Assembly (NCBI GenBank): GCA_963841735.1
Contig: CAWJDT010000001.1
Coordinates: 992,001 to 1,056,000, forward strand
From: an uncultured Actinomycetes bacterium
GTDB lineage: Bacteria > Actinomycetota > Thermoleophilia > RBG-16-64-13
Length of the DNA: 64,000 nt
Direction of reading: 5' to 3'
The notes under the pieces are model-generated. The model was given only the letters and a program-made list of their open reading frames with translations. It made no database searches and was not told the origin of the DNA. Below, in pieces: positions 49,320 to 57,631 of this stretch. Made by a program: the position numbers and the translations under genes. The stretch's first letter is position 1. Every line of letters begins with the position of its first letter.

Positions 49320-49817
49320 ATGAAGAAGTGGAGCAGACTGATCGCGGTGGCGGTGCTGATTCTTGGCCTGGTCAACGTGGGGGTGGGTGGCACCTTCATC
49401 GGCATCGGGTTCAGCAAACAGCACTATCTCAAGACCGCGATGGCCGAGGAGATGATCACAACCGAACTCACCGACGAACAGATCGCGGCCGGCGAGGTGG
49501 TGGACACCATGAGTGAGGCCCAGCGGGCCGGAGACCTCGTCCGCGAGCACCGCCACGGCATCGCTGCCAGCTACGAAGAACTCCTTGCCGGCGGGAGATA
49601 CGACCCGACGAACCTACAGCAACTTACGTACGCGCAGGCAATGAACATCGAGAACTACCTGTATCTGGCGTCGGCTTCGTGGGGCATAACCTACATGGCC
49701 CTGGGCGTTGGAGCAGCCCTAGTCCTGGCCGGCATCGCCCTGATGGCTATCGCTTTCGTAATCTATCGGTGGGCCAGGCGCGTCTACGCGGATAGCACGC
49801 CTGCCGCTGCTCTCTGA
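49320..49817 (+). CDS. Two-TM membrane protein of unknown function
   Basis: AGGAGG RBS; N- and C-terminal hydrophobic helices flank a soluble loop. Confidence 0.75.
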   Translation: MKKWSRLIAVAVLILGLVNVGVGGTFIGIGFSKQHYLKTAMAEEMITTELTDEQIAAGEVVDTMSEAQRAGDLVREHRHGIAASYEELLAGGRYDPTNLQQLTYAQAMNIENYLYLASASWGITYMALGVGAALVLAGIALMAIAFVIYRWARRVYADSTPAAAL

Positions 49818-49852
49818 TCAAGAACCCCGACTGTGACTCGCCCTCACCCGGG

Positions 49853-49894
49853 CTACGGGGCCCCTCTCCGAACGACTGGAGAGGGGCCCCGTAG
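49853..49894. terminator. Perfect 17-bp inverted repeat
   Basis: CTACGGGGCCCCTCTCC-N8-GGAGAGGGGCCCCGTAG lies 35 nt after a stop codon. Confidence 0.6.
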
Positions 49895-49941
49895 TATGCT
49901 GGCGGAGTGGGGGCGGGTGCGCACAGGGAGGAAGGTGAGAA

Positions 49942-50742
49942 ATGGCCGGCTCGATCGGAGCAGCGCAACGCTTGGATGGAAAGGTGGCCATGGTCACGGG
50001 GGGTGGCGGTGCCAACAGCATAGGCCGGGCGATATGTCTTCGCTACGCCCGGGAGGGTGCGCGGGTTGCGGTGCTGGACATCAACGACGCCGGCGCGGCG
50101 CGGGTGGCGAAGGAGATCCAGGAAGCCGGGGGCACGGCGCTGCCGGTCACATGTGACGTAACCGACCTCGACCAGTGTAGGGCCGCGGCCAAGCAGGTCG
50201 CCGAGGCCTGGAACGGACGCATTGACATCTTGGTCAACAACGCGGCCTTCTTCGGAGGCATGGGAGCTTGGCGCCCGTTCGACGAATGGTCGGCACAAGA
50301 TTGGGACAAGATGCAGAACGTCAACGTGCGGGGCATGTGGTTCTGCGCCCAGGCGGTGTTCACCTACATGAAGGCCCAGGGCTATGGCAAGATCATCAAT
50401 CTCACCTCGTCCTCCTTCTTCGAGGGAGTGCCGGGTTTCATCCACTACACCACCAGCAAGGGCGGAGTCATCGGTTTCACCCGCTCTCTCGGCAAAGAAC
50501 TGGGTCAGTTCGGCATCCGCGTCAACGCCATCGCGCCGGGCTTCACGGTGTCCGACGCCCAGCTCGAGCTCACCAAGGATTCCCCCGAGTGGTACCAGCA
50601 CAACAAGGAACGGCAGGCCTTGCACGAGCGCAATGAGGTCCCCGAAGACCTGGCCGGCCCCGCCTTCTTCCTCGCTTCGCCCGACAGTGACTTCATGACC
50701 TGCCAGACGTTGCTGGTCGACGGGGGGGCGACGCCCAACTAG
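49942..50742 (+). CDS. Short-chain dehydrogenase/reductase
   Basis: VTGGG..SIG, LVNNAA, YTTSK and IRVNAIAPG motifs. Confidence 0.93.
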   Translation: MAGSIGAAQRLDGKVAMVTGGGGANSIGRAICLRYAREGARVAVLDINDAGAARVAKEIQEAGGTALPVTCDVTDLDQCRAAAKQVAEAWNGRIDILVNNAAFFGGMGAWRPFDEWSAQDWDKMQNVNVRGMWFCAQAVFTYMKAQGYGKIINLTSSSFFEGVPGFIHYTTSKGGVIGFTRSLGKELGQFGIRVNAIAPGFTVSDAQLELTKDSPEWYQHNKERQALHERNEVPEDLAGPAFFLASPDSDFMTCQTLLVDGGATPN

Positions 50743-50920
50743 AGCGGCTGGTTCGGCAGCGGCTGCTATCATTAACGGGCCGTCTGTTGCATCGTTGAGG
50801 GGCAGTTTCAGTGGTCGACGAGTGCTTTTGCCTGCCTGCGACCCAGGATGTTGGATCCTGGGAATCGGGTGCCCCCTTTTTCTCTCGGTGGGCGTTCTTC
50901 TCGGGCGAGTGCGGATCTTC

Positions 50921-51865
50921 ATGACGACGAGAGACGCACGGGCCACATTTCTTCCCTTCGCGGCCCTGGGCTTGTTGTCCCTGTTGTGGGGCTACAACTG
51001 GGTAGTCATGAAGGTCGGTCTGCAGAACGCCGAGCCCTTTACCTACTCCGCCCTGCGGAACCTCGTCGGGGCGGTATTCATTCTCTCGGTGGCGGCCGTG
51101 TTGCGCCGACCACTGCGACCCCAGGCCGTCGTGTCGACGGCGTTGTTCGGTCTCTTCCAAACTGCCGGGTCCGCTGGTCTGGCCATGTGGGCGGTCCAGA
51201 TGGGCGGCGTCGGCAAGGTATCGTTTCTCACCTACACCATGCCCTTCTGGCTGTTGCTGATCGCGTGGCCGGTTTTGCGCGAGCCCGTGCGGGGTTTTCA
51301 ATGGGTCTCGGTGGGGCTGGCTCTTCCCGGGTTGATACTTGTGCTCGAACCCTGGAACTTGAGAGGGCTTGCCAGCAGTTTCCTGGCGATCGGCGCGGGG
51401 ATCTCTTGGGCTATTGCATCGCTGATCGTAAAGCACTTGCGGGCCCGTCGCGACATTGAGCCCCTGTCGTTCATCGCCTGGCAGGGCATCTTCGGCTCGA
51501 TACCGCTGATAGCGGTCGCCTTGTTGACGGCAGAGAGCATCCCGACGTGGAACGCAAGCTTCATCTCAGCCCTCGTTTATAGCGCGGTGCCCGCCAATGC
51601 CGTTGCCTGGGTCCTTTGGTTGTATGCGCTTAGAAGGCTGCCTATTAACACCGCCGGTTTCGGCAGCTTGGCTGTCCCGGTGGTGGGGGTGCTCGCGGCC
51701 TGGATTCAGCTTGGCGAGCGCCCGGGAGCGCTGGAAGGCTTGGGCATGGCGTTCATCGTGGTGTCGCTGGCGGTTCTAACTTCAAGGCAGTTGCTCGAGG
51801 GCCGGCAGCCCGGTGCGTTTCGACCTCTCGCGAGGCCCGCGGCCTCGGGCGCCGGCGCTTCCTAG
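50921..51865 (+). CDS. DMT/EamA family transporter
   Basis: LWGYNWVVMK, YTMPFW, LREP and LGERP motifs; about 10 TM segments. Confidence 0.9.
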   Translation: MTTRDARATFLPFAALGLLSLLWGYNWVVMKVGLQNAEPFTYSALRNLVGAVFILSVAAVLRRPLRPQAVVSTALFGLFQTAGSAGLAMWAVQMGGVGKVSFLTYTMPFWLLLIAWPVLREPVRGFQWVSVGLALPGLILVLEPWNLRGLASSFLAIGAGISWAIASLIVKHLRARRDIEPLSFIAWQGIFGSIPLIAVALLTAESIPTWNASFISALVYSAVPANAVAWVLWLYALRRLPINTAGFGSLAVPVVGVLAAWIQLGERPGALEGLGMAFIVVSLAVLTSRQLLEGRQPGAFRPLARPAASGAGAS

Positions 51866-51989
51866 GCTTCTGCCTGCCGGGACTTGTCCCAAAGACTTCC
51901 CTAATGCCCGCTAGGTGGTATAAAGGTTTCAGCCGCTCGGGTTGTTCTGTGGTGGAGCGGAGGGTGTCGCGGAGAAGGGGTGCACGGCC

Positions 51990-53861
51990 ATGGCGCACGG
52001 TTTCGCTGGGAGGCTTCTCTTTGTTGACCTGACCACCGGTGAGATATCTGAGGAGGCGCCGGAGGAGAGCTTCTACCGAAGCTGCATCGGAGGGACGGGT
52101 CTTGGGGCAGCGATCCTGATGGACCGCATGAAACCCGGGGCGGACCCGTTGGGACCAGACAACATGCTGGCTTTTTGCACTGGGCCTCTGACGGCCACCG
52201 GGGTGTATGGCGGGGGCCGGTTCATGGTGACCACCAAGTCCCCGCTCACCGGAGGCTGGGCCGACTCGAACTCCGGCGGTACCTGGGGGCCGCAGCTCAA
52301 GTACGCTGGGTACGACGCCGTATTCTTCACCGGCGCGGCGGAGAAGCCCGTCTGCCTGGTGATCGATAAAGGCCAAGTGCATCTTGTCTCCGCCGACCGT
52401 CTGTGGGGCAGAGATACCTACGAGACCGACGACATGCTGCAGGTGGAGCTGGGCGATCCAGGCAGCTGGACCGTGTCTTGCATCGGTCCCGGCGGCGAGC
52501 AGTGCTCGCGCCTGGCCGGCATCGTCAACGAGAAGGGCAGGATTGCAGCCCGCTCGGGGGTGGGGGCTGTCATGGGCTCCAAGAAGCTCAAGGCTATTGC
52601 AGTACGGGGATCAAAGGGCGCCCGTATCGCCGTGGCGGACAAGGAGGGCCTGAAGGCCGTCCAAAAAGGCTACAGCGCGATGATCAAGGGGAGCGGCTTT
52701 ATGAGCGGGCTCTCGGCCGGCGGCACGGGCGGGGGGACGAGCTTCCTGGTGTCCATCGGAGACTGTCCCACCAACAACTGGGCGACTACGGGTACCGATT
52801 CGTTTCCGACGGCGAACAACCTGGACACCGCGAACATGGACGTCTACAAACTGCGGTCCTATGGCTGCGCCTCGTGCCCGGTACGTTGCGGCGCACTCGT
52901 GCGCATCGATGACGGCCCCTACAAGAGCCAGGACGAGACTCACAGGCCCGAGTACGAGACCCTGGGCGCATTGGGCGCCATATGCCGCAACGACAGCGCC
53001 GAGGCCATCATCCGGGCCAACGAGATCTGCAATCGCTACGGAATAGACACCATCTCGGTGGGGGGTACCATCGCCTTCGCCATCGAGTGCTACGAGAACG
53101 GCATCATCGACAAGAATGAGACCGACGGTTTGGAGCTCACTTGGGGAAACTCGGCGGCTGTTGTGGCCCTTGTCGAGAAGATGGCCAAGCGCGAGGGCTT
53201 CGGCGCCGTACTCGCCGACGGTTCGAAGGTGGCGGCGGAGCGCATCGGCCGGGGAAGCGAGCGGTACGCCATGCACATCGGCGGGCGGGAACTGCCGCTG
53301 CACGACCCGCGGATGACGCCGTCGCTGGGCTCTTTCTACATCTCCGATGCAACACCGTCGCAGCACTGCGGACCGGCCTCGATGGCTCTGCTTGACCAGG
53401 GCGTGCCCCTGGGCCCCGATCCTTCGCTGCAGTCTGACTCCAAAGAGGTCTACGGCTCGTACGATCAGAAGGGCGACATCTACGCGCGTGGGGCGGCCTA
53501 TTACCAACTGCTAAGTTCGGCGGGCTTGTGCGCGCTCTACGCGCAGTTCGACGCCCCACCTGTAGTGGAGTTGTTGCGCCCGGTCACCGGTTGGGATATG
53601 GACTGGTCCGAGGGCATCAAAGCAGGTAAGCGCATCCTGACTCTGCGCCAGGCTTTCAACTTCAGAGAAGGGCTGAGACCCGAAGACTTCCGGTTCCCGA
53701 AGCGGTTCGACGAACCCGTGGGCGCCGGGCCGGCCGCGGGACAGCGGCCCCCGCTTGAGGATCTGCGTGGTGAGTACTTCAAAGCGCTGGGCTGGGATGC
53801 GAAGACAGGCAGACCCCTGCCCGAGACCCTGGCCGGTCTTGGGCTGGATATCAAGATCTGA
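51990..53861 (+). CDS. aor: Aldehyde:ferredoxin oxidoreductase family (W/Mo-pterin)
   Basis: VDLT, KSPLTG, IGPGGE, GAVMGSKKLKA, GCASCPVRC, PEYET, GIDTIS and HDPR motifs. Confidence 0.92.
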   Translation: MAHGFAGRLLFVDLTTGEISEEAPEESFYRSCIGGTGLGAAILMDRMKPGADPLGPDNMLAFCTGPLTATGVYGGGRFMVTTKSPLTGGWADSNSGGTWGPQLKYAGYDAVFFTGAAEKPVCLVIDKGQVHLVSADRLWGRDTYETDDMLQVELGDPGSWTVSCIGPGGEQCSRLAGIVNEKGRIAARSGVGAVMGSKKLKAIAVRGSKGARIAVADKEGLKAVQKGYSAMIKGSGFMSGLSAGGTGGGTSFLVSIGDCPTNNWATTGTDSFPTANNLDTANMDVYKLRSYGCASCPVRCGALVRIDDGPYKSQDETHRPEYETLGALGAICRNDSAEAIIRANEICNRYGIDTISVGGTIAFAIECYENGIIDKNETDGLELTWGNSAAVVALVEKMAKREGFGAVLADGSKVAAERIGRGSERYAMHIGGRELPLHDPRMTPSLGSFYISDATPSQHCGPASMALLDQGVPLGPDPSLQSDSKEVYGSYDQKGDIYARGAAYYQLLSSAGLCALYAQFDAPPVVELLRPVTGWDMDWSEGIKAGKRILTLRQAFNFREGLRPEDFRFPKRFDEPVGAGPAAGQRPPLEDLRGEYFKALGWDAKTGRPLPETLAGLGLDIKI

Positions 53862-53924
53862 GCGGCAGGCCCGGCGCTCCTCGGCTGCGGCTGCCCCAGC
53901 TTGGGACGGCGCGGCTCAGTCCGT

Positions 53925-54908
53925 CTAGGCCCCCGGCGCCGTGAACCCGGCGGAGATGTTCAGGGCGCCTCTGATGGCCTCCACGATCTTGATCTTATCG
54001 GGGATGGCGAACTTCTCCATGGGCGGGCTGAACGGGATGGGGACATCCAGCGCGCAGACCCGGACAGGCGCGGTCTTCATGGCGGCGAAAGTGGCGGTGT
54101 CGGAGGTCGCCAGGGCGATGATCTCGGCGGCGGCGCCGCAGGTCTGGCAGGCCTCGTCTACAACCACGAGCCGTCCGGTCTTCTTGACCGAAGCGCGCAC
54201 GGCTTCGGCGTCGAACGGCACGAGCGTCCGCGGGTCGATCACCTCCACCGACACACCCTCACCGGCCAGTTCTTCCGCGGCCGCCAAGGCCTCGTGGACC
54301 ATCGCGGACAGGGCGACCACTGTGACGTCGAAACCCTCGCGCTTGAGGTCTGCCTGGCCGAACGGTATGAAGTACTCCTCCTCGGGTACTTCGCCCTTCA
54401 TGCCTCCCAGAAGGACGTGCTCGAACGACACCACAGGGTTGTTGTCCCGCAGGGCTGTCTTGAAGAGTCCCTTGGCGTCGTATGGCGTGGCAGGCAGGAT
54501 GATCTTCAGCCCAGGCGCGTTCATGTACATGGGGTAGGGGCTGACCGAATGCTCCGCGGCGGACGAAACACCAGCGCCGATGGTCATGCGGTATAGGATG
54601 GGAAAGCTGGCCTGCCCGCCAAACATGTAGGTGATTTTGGCGGCATGATTGATGAGCTGGTCCATGGCCACGAAGCCGAAGGTGGCCATGCGGATGTTGG
54701 CGATGGTCCTGAATCCCGACCCTGCCAAGCCTATGGCCGCCCCCACGAACGAATTCTCTGCGATGGGTGTGACCCGAACGCGCTCTGCACCGAACTCGTC
54801 CTGCAGTTCGGCGACCAGGTCGGTGGCCATGTAGACGGTCCGGGGGTCTCTGCGGAACTCCTCCTGGGTCGCCTCGAGGATCGCCTGGTTGTAGGTGATC
54901 TCTCTCAC
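53925..54908 (-). CDS. 2-oxoacid/acetoin dehydrogenase E1 beta subunit
   Basis: TPIAE, DQLINHAAK, PYDAKGL, EVIDPRTLVP and KTGRLVVVDE motifs. Confidence 0.92.
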   Translation of the reverse strand: MREITYNQAILEATQEEFRRDPRTVYMATDLVAELQDEFGAERVRVTPIAENSFVGAAIGLAGSGFRTIANIRMATFGFVAMDQLINHAAKITYMFGGQASFPILYRMTIGAGVSSAAEHSVSPYPMYMNAPGLKIILPATPYDAKGLFKTALRDNNPVVSFEHVLLGGMKGEVPEEEYFIPFGQADLKREGFDVTVVALSAMVHEALAAAEELAGEGVSVEVIDPRTLVPFDAEAVRASVKKTGRLVVVDEACQTCGAAAEIIALATSDTATFAAMKTAPVRVCALDVPIPFSPPMEKFAIPDKIKIVEAIRGALNISAGFTAPGA

Positions 54909-55873
54909 CTGGAGTACACGTCCTCTAGCGCGTCCTCAGGGGCCGGGTAGGGACTCTCGACTGCGAAGGTGTGGGCCGCTTCCACCTGGCTCATGATCTG
55001 CGAGTCGATGCGCTCGAGGTCTTCGCGGTCGAGCACGGTGGCGGTCAGCAAGCTAGACCCATAGGTCGCGATGGGGTCCTTGTTGGTCCAGGCCTCGATC
55101 TCGTCCCGGGGCCGCCGGTCTTCGTGCGTGTCGGAGAGGAAATGCTTGTGCCACCGATAGGTATCGCATTCCAAGAAGTAGGGGCCCTCACCGCGTCTAA
55201 GCACCCCCATGGCTTCCTCGGTGGCGAGGTAGACGGCTTCGACGTCGTTGCCGTGGATAGCCTTGCTGGGGATGTGGTAGGCCTCCGGCAACCGGACTAT
55301 TTCGTCGGGAGCCAAGGCATAGGAGCGCGGGGTGTGTACGCCGTAGTGGTTGTTCTCGCAGACGAAGAGAAGCGGTAGCCGCCAGACGGCCGCCAGATTG
55401 AGCACTTCGTGGAGCTCCCCCTCTTGGCAGGCCCCGTCGCCGAAGAAGACGGCGGCCATGTTGCCTTTGCCTTCCAGCTGGGCGGACATGGCGGCTCCCG
55501 CTGCGATGGGCAGGCCCGCTCCGACGATGCCGTCGGCCCCCAGCATGCCGATGCTGAAGTCGGCGATATGCATGGACCCTCCCTTGCCCTTGCAGCAGCC
55601 GGTCTTCTTGCCGTAGACCTCGGCCATCATCCGGTTTATGTCGGCGCCCTTGGCGATGCAGTGCCCGTGGCCCCGATGGTTGCTGACGATTCGGTCGGCG
55701 TTGTTCAGATGCCGGCACACCCCGGTGGCGATGGCTTCCTGGCCGATGTAGGAGTGGACGAAGCCGACTATATTGCCGGCGTAGAACTCCGAAGCCACCC
55801 GCTCCTCGAAGCGGCGGATGGTGAGCATCATGGTGTACAGGTCTATCTGTTTCTGCCTGTCCAAGACGAACAT
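54905..55873 (-). CDS. 2-oxoacid/acetoin dehydrogenase E1 alpha subunit
   Basis: GFVHSYIGQEA, HRGHGH, GKGGSMH and GDGA..ENN (ThDP motif). Confidence 0.92.
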   Translation of the reverse strand: MFVLDRQKQIDLYTMMLTIRRFEERVASEFYAGNIVGFVHSYIGQEAIATGVCRHLNNADRIVSNHRGHGHCIAKGADINRMMAEVYGKKTGCCKGKGGSMHIADFSIGMLGADGIVGAGLPIAAGAAMSAQLEGKGNMAAVFFGDGACQEGELHEVLNLAAVWRLPLLFVCENNHYGVHTPRSYALAPDEIVRLPEAYHIPSKAIHGNDVEAVYLATEEAMGVLRRGEGPYFLECDTYRWHKHFLSDTHEDRRPRDEIEAWTNKDPIATYGSSLLTATVLDREDLERIDSQIMSQVEAAHTFAVESPYPAPEDALEDVYSR

Positions 55874-55947
55874 GGACCTCCAGCGTGGCGGCCGGGCGGC
55901 ACCAGTCTATCAGGCGGGGGCCGGTCTGGCGGCGAGCGCCGCGCCGC

Positions 55948-56982
55948 TCAACGCAACATTCTCGCCAAGCCGGCGATGGTGGTAAAGGGCTGCATCCGGA
56001 GGCGTTTTAACTTGAAGAGACCGGCGAGTTCAAAACCGCCGCCTTTGTCCGTGGCCACCGCCATGACGTAGCCTGCCGCCCGAACTGCCTCGATAACCTT
56101 AGTGTTGTAGGCTCCCGCGGGGTAGCAGAGTACGTAGCTGGGCTCACCGATGGCCACGGCGATGGCTTGGCGGGATTCGACCATTTCTGTCTCCAGCCGT
56201 GCTCTTGACACCCCGCGAAGGTCTGGGTGTGAGACCGTGTGCGACTGGACGGACATTCCCGCCGCGGCCATCTCGCGCAGCTGGTCCCAGGTCATCTGGC
56301 CTTCCTTGCCTCGGTCGGCGGGCCCCGTGATGACAAAGAAGGTGGCGGTGAACCCGAACTTCTTGAGCATGGGGAATGCCACCTTGTAGTTGTCCTCGCC
56401 CCCGTCGTCGAACGTCAACACCACCGGTTTGGGGGGGAGCTCCTTGAGCCCGGCCATGGCGAGATAGACGTCGGCGAAGCTGATTGTGCAGTAGTCGTTT
56501 GTGAAGAGATATTCCATCTGGGCTTCGAAGTCCTCGGTCTTCACTGTGAGGTCGGCGGCATATGGGCCGGCCGGCGGAGGCTCTTCGTCCACGTAGTGGT
56601 ACATCAGGATGGGCACGTCTACAGCTATCGCGCCGGCGGGCAGTGTGCTGGGGAGTGTCGCGCTCACTGGGGGCGCCTGGGTAGTCGTCGTCTGCACACT
56701 GGTGGTGGACGGGAGTGAGGCCGAGGACGTAGTGGCCGCGGAGGTAGAGGTGGGGGCGACTGTGCTCTGTACGCTAGATGCGACGCCGCTGGCTCCAGCT
56801 TCGCTGCAGGCCGCGAGGTTGGCTCCGGCAAGAGCGGTTCCTATCAACACCACGACGACAAAGATCGTCGTCGGCGCCCATGAACGGTCTGCCGGTCCGT
56901 GTTTCAACGCGGATCGGCCGGGCCTCCGCCCTGTTTGGCGGCGATTGCCCGCGCTGCCCATGGGGGCGAGATGATTGCGCAT
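55948..56982 (-). CDS. Exported polysaccharide deacetylase (CE4)
   Basis: PILMYH, LTFDDG, SHTVSH and YPAG motifs; LAAC possible lipobox and a Thr/Ser stalk. ATG 56982 lies 6 nt after TACAAT. Confidence 0.88.
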   Translation of the reverse strand: MRNHLAPMGSAGNRRQTGRRPGRSALKHGPADRSWAPTTIFVVVVLIGTALAGANLAACSEAGASGVASSVQSTVAPTSTSAATTSSASLPSTTSVQTTTTQAPPVSATLPSTLPAGAIAVDVPILMYHYVDEEPPPAGPYAADLTVKTEDFEAQMEYLFTNDYCTISFADVYLAMAGLKELPPKPVVLTFDDGGEDNYKVAFPMLKKFGFTATFFVITGPADRGKEGQMTWDQLREMAAAGMSVQSHTVSHPDLRGVSRARLETEMVESRQAIAVAIGEPSYVLCYPAGAYNTKVIEAVRAAGYVMAVATDKGGGFELAGLFKLKRLRMQPFTTIAGLARMLR

Positions 56983-57076
56983 TGCGCCATTGTAGCTTCG
57001 GTCGCTTCGGACGTAGGCAGCCTGCGCTGCGACCGGGTGAGAAGAGGGCGCGGCGCATGCGCTAGAGTGTGGTCCC

Positions 57077-57631
57077 ATGAGCTTCTGGTATCTGATAGGG
57101 CTGGCCCTCGGCCTGGCAATGGACGCCTTTGCCGTTTCTGTGGCCGCGGGCATCCAGGTGACGAAGCTCGACTACGGACATGTCGCCCGGCTGGCCCTGA
57201 GCTTCGGATTCTTCCAGTTCATGATGCCGGTGCTCGGGTGGCTCGCCGGTCGCGGGCTCTCCCGATGGCTGTCGGCTGTCGATCACTGGATCGCCTTTGG
57301 CCTTCTGGTGGTCATCGGTAGCAGGATGCTGTGGGAGTCGTTTCGAACCCCCGGATGTGGCGTCAAGGACCCCACGCGGGGCTGGAAGCTCCTCACCCTG
57401 TCGATCGCGACCAGCATCGACGCTCTGGCGGTTGGACTCAGCCTCGCTCTGCTCGATGTGTCCATATGGGTCCCCAGCATTGTGATCGGCGTGGTAGCCG
57501 CTGTTCTCAGCGCGCTTGGAGCCTTCTTTGGATCTCGTTTGGGATGCTGGTTTGGGGTCTGGGCCGAGCGGTTTGGTGGACTGGTGCTCATCGGCATCGG
57601 CGTGAAGATCTTGGTGGATCACCTAGCCTGA
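57077..57631 (+). CDS. mntP: Manganese efflux pump MntP
   Basis: LAMDAFAVS, FGFFQ, DHWIAF and ATSIDALAVG motifs. Confidence 0.92.
   Translation: MSFWYLIGLALGLAMDAFAVSVAAGIQVTKLDYGHVARLALSFGFFQFMMPVLGWLAGRGLSRWLSAVDHWIAFGLLVVIGSRMLWESFRTPGCGVKDPTRGWKLLTLSIATSIDALAVGLSLALLDVSIWVPSIVIGVVAAVLSALGAFFGSRLGCWFGVWAERFGGLVLIGIGVKILVDHLA

Noticed and set aside
56983-57076. yybP-ykoY manganese riboswitch upstream of mntP
   Set aside because: No recognisable consensus is present, and the gene appears leaderless (TAGAGT 8 nt before the ATG).
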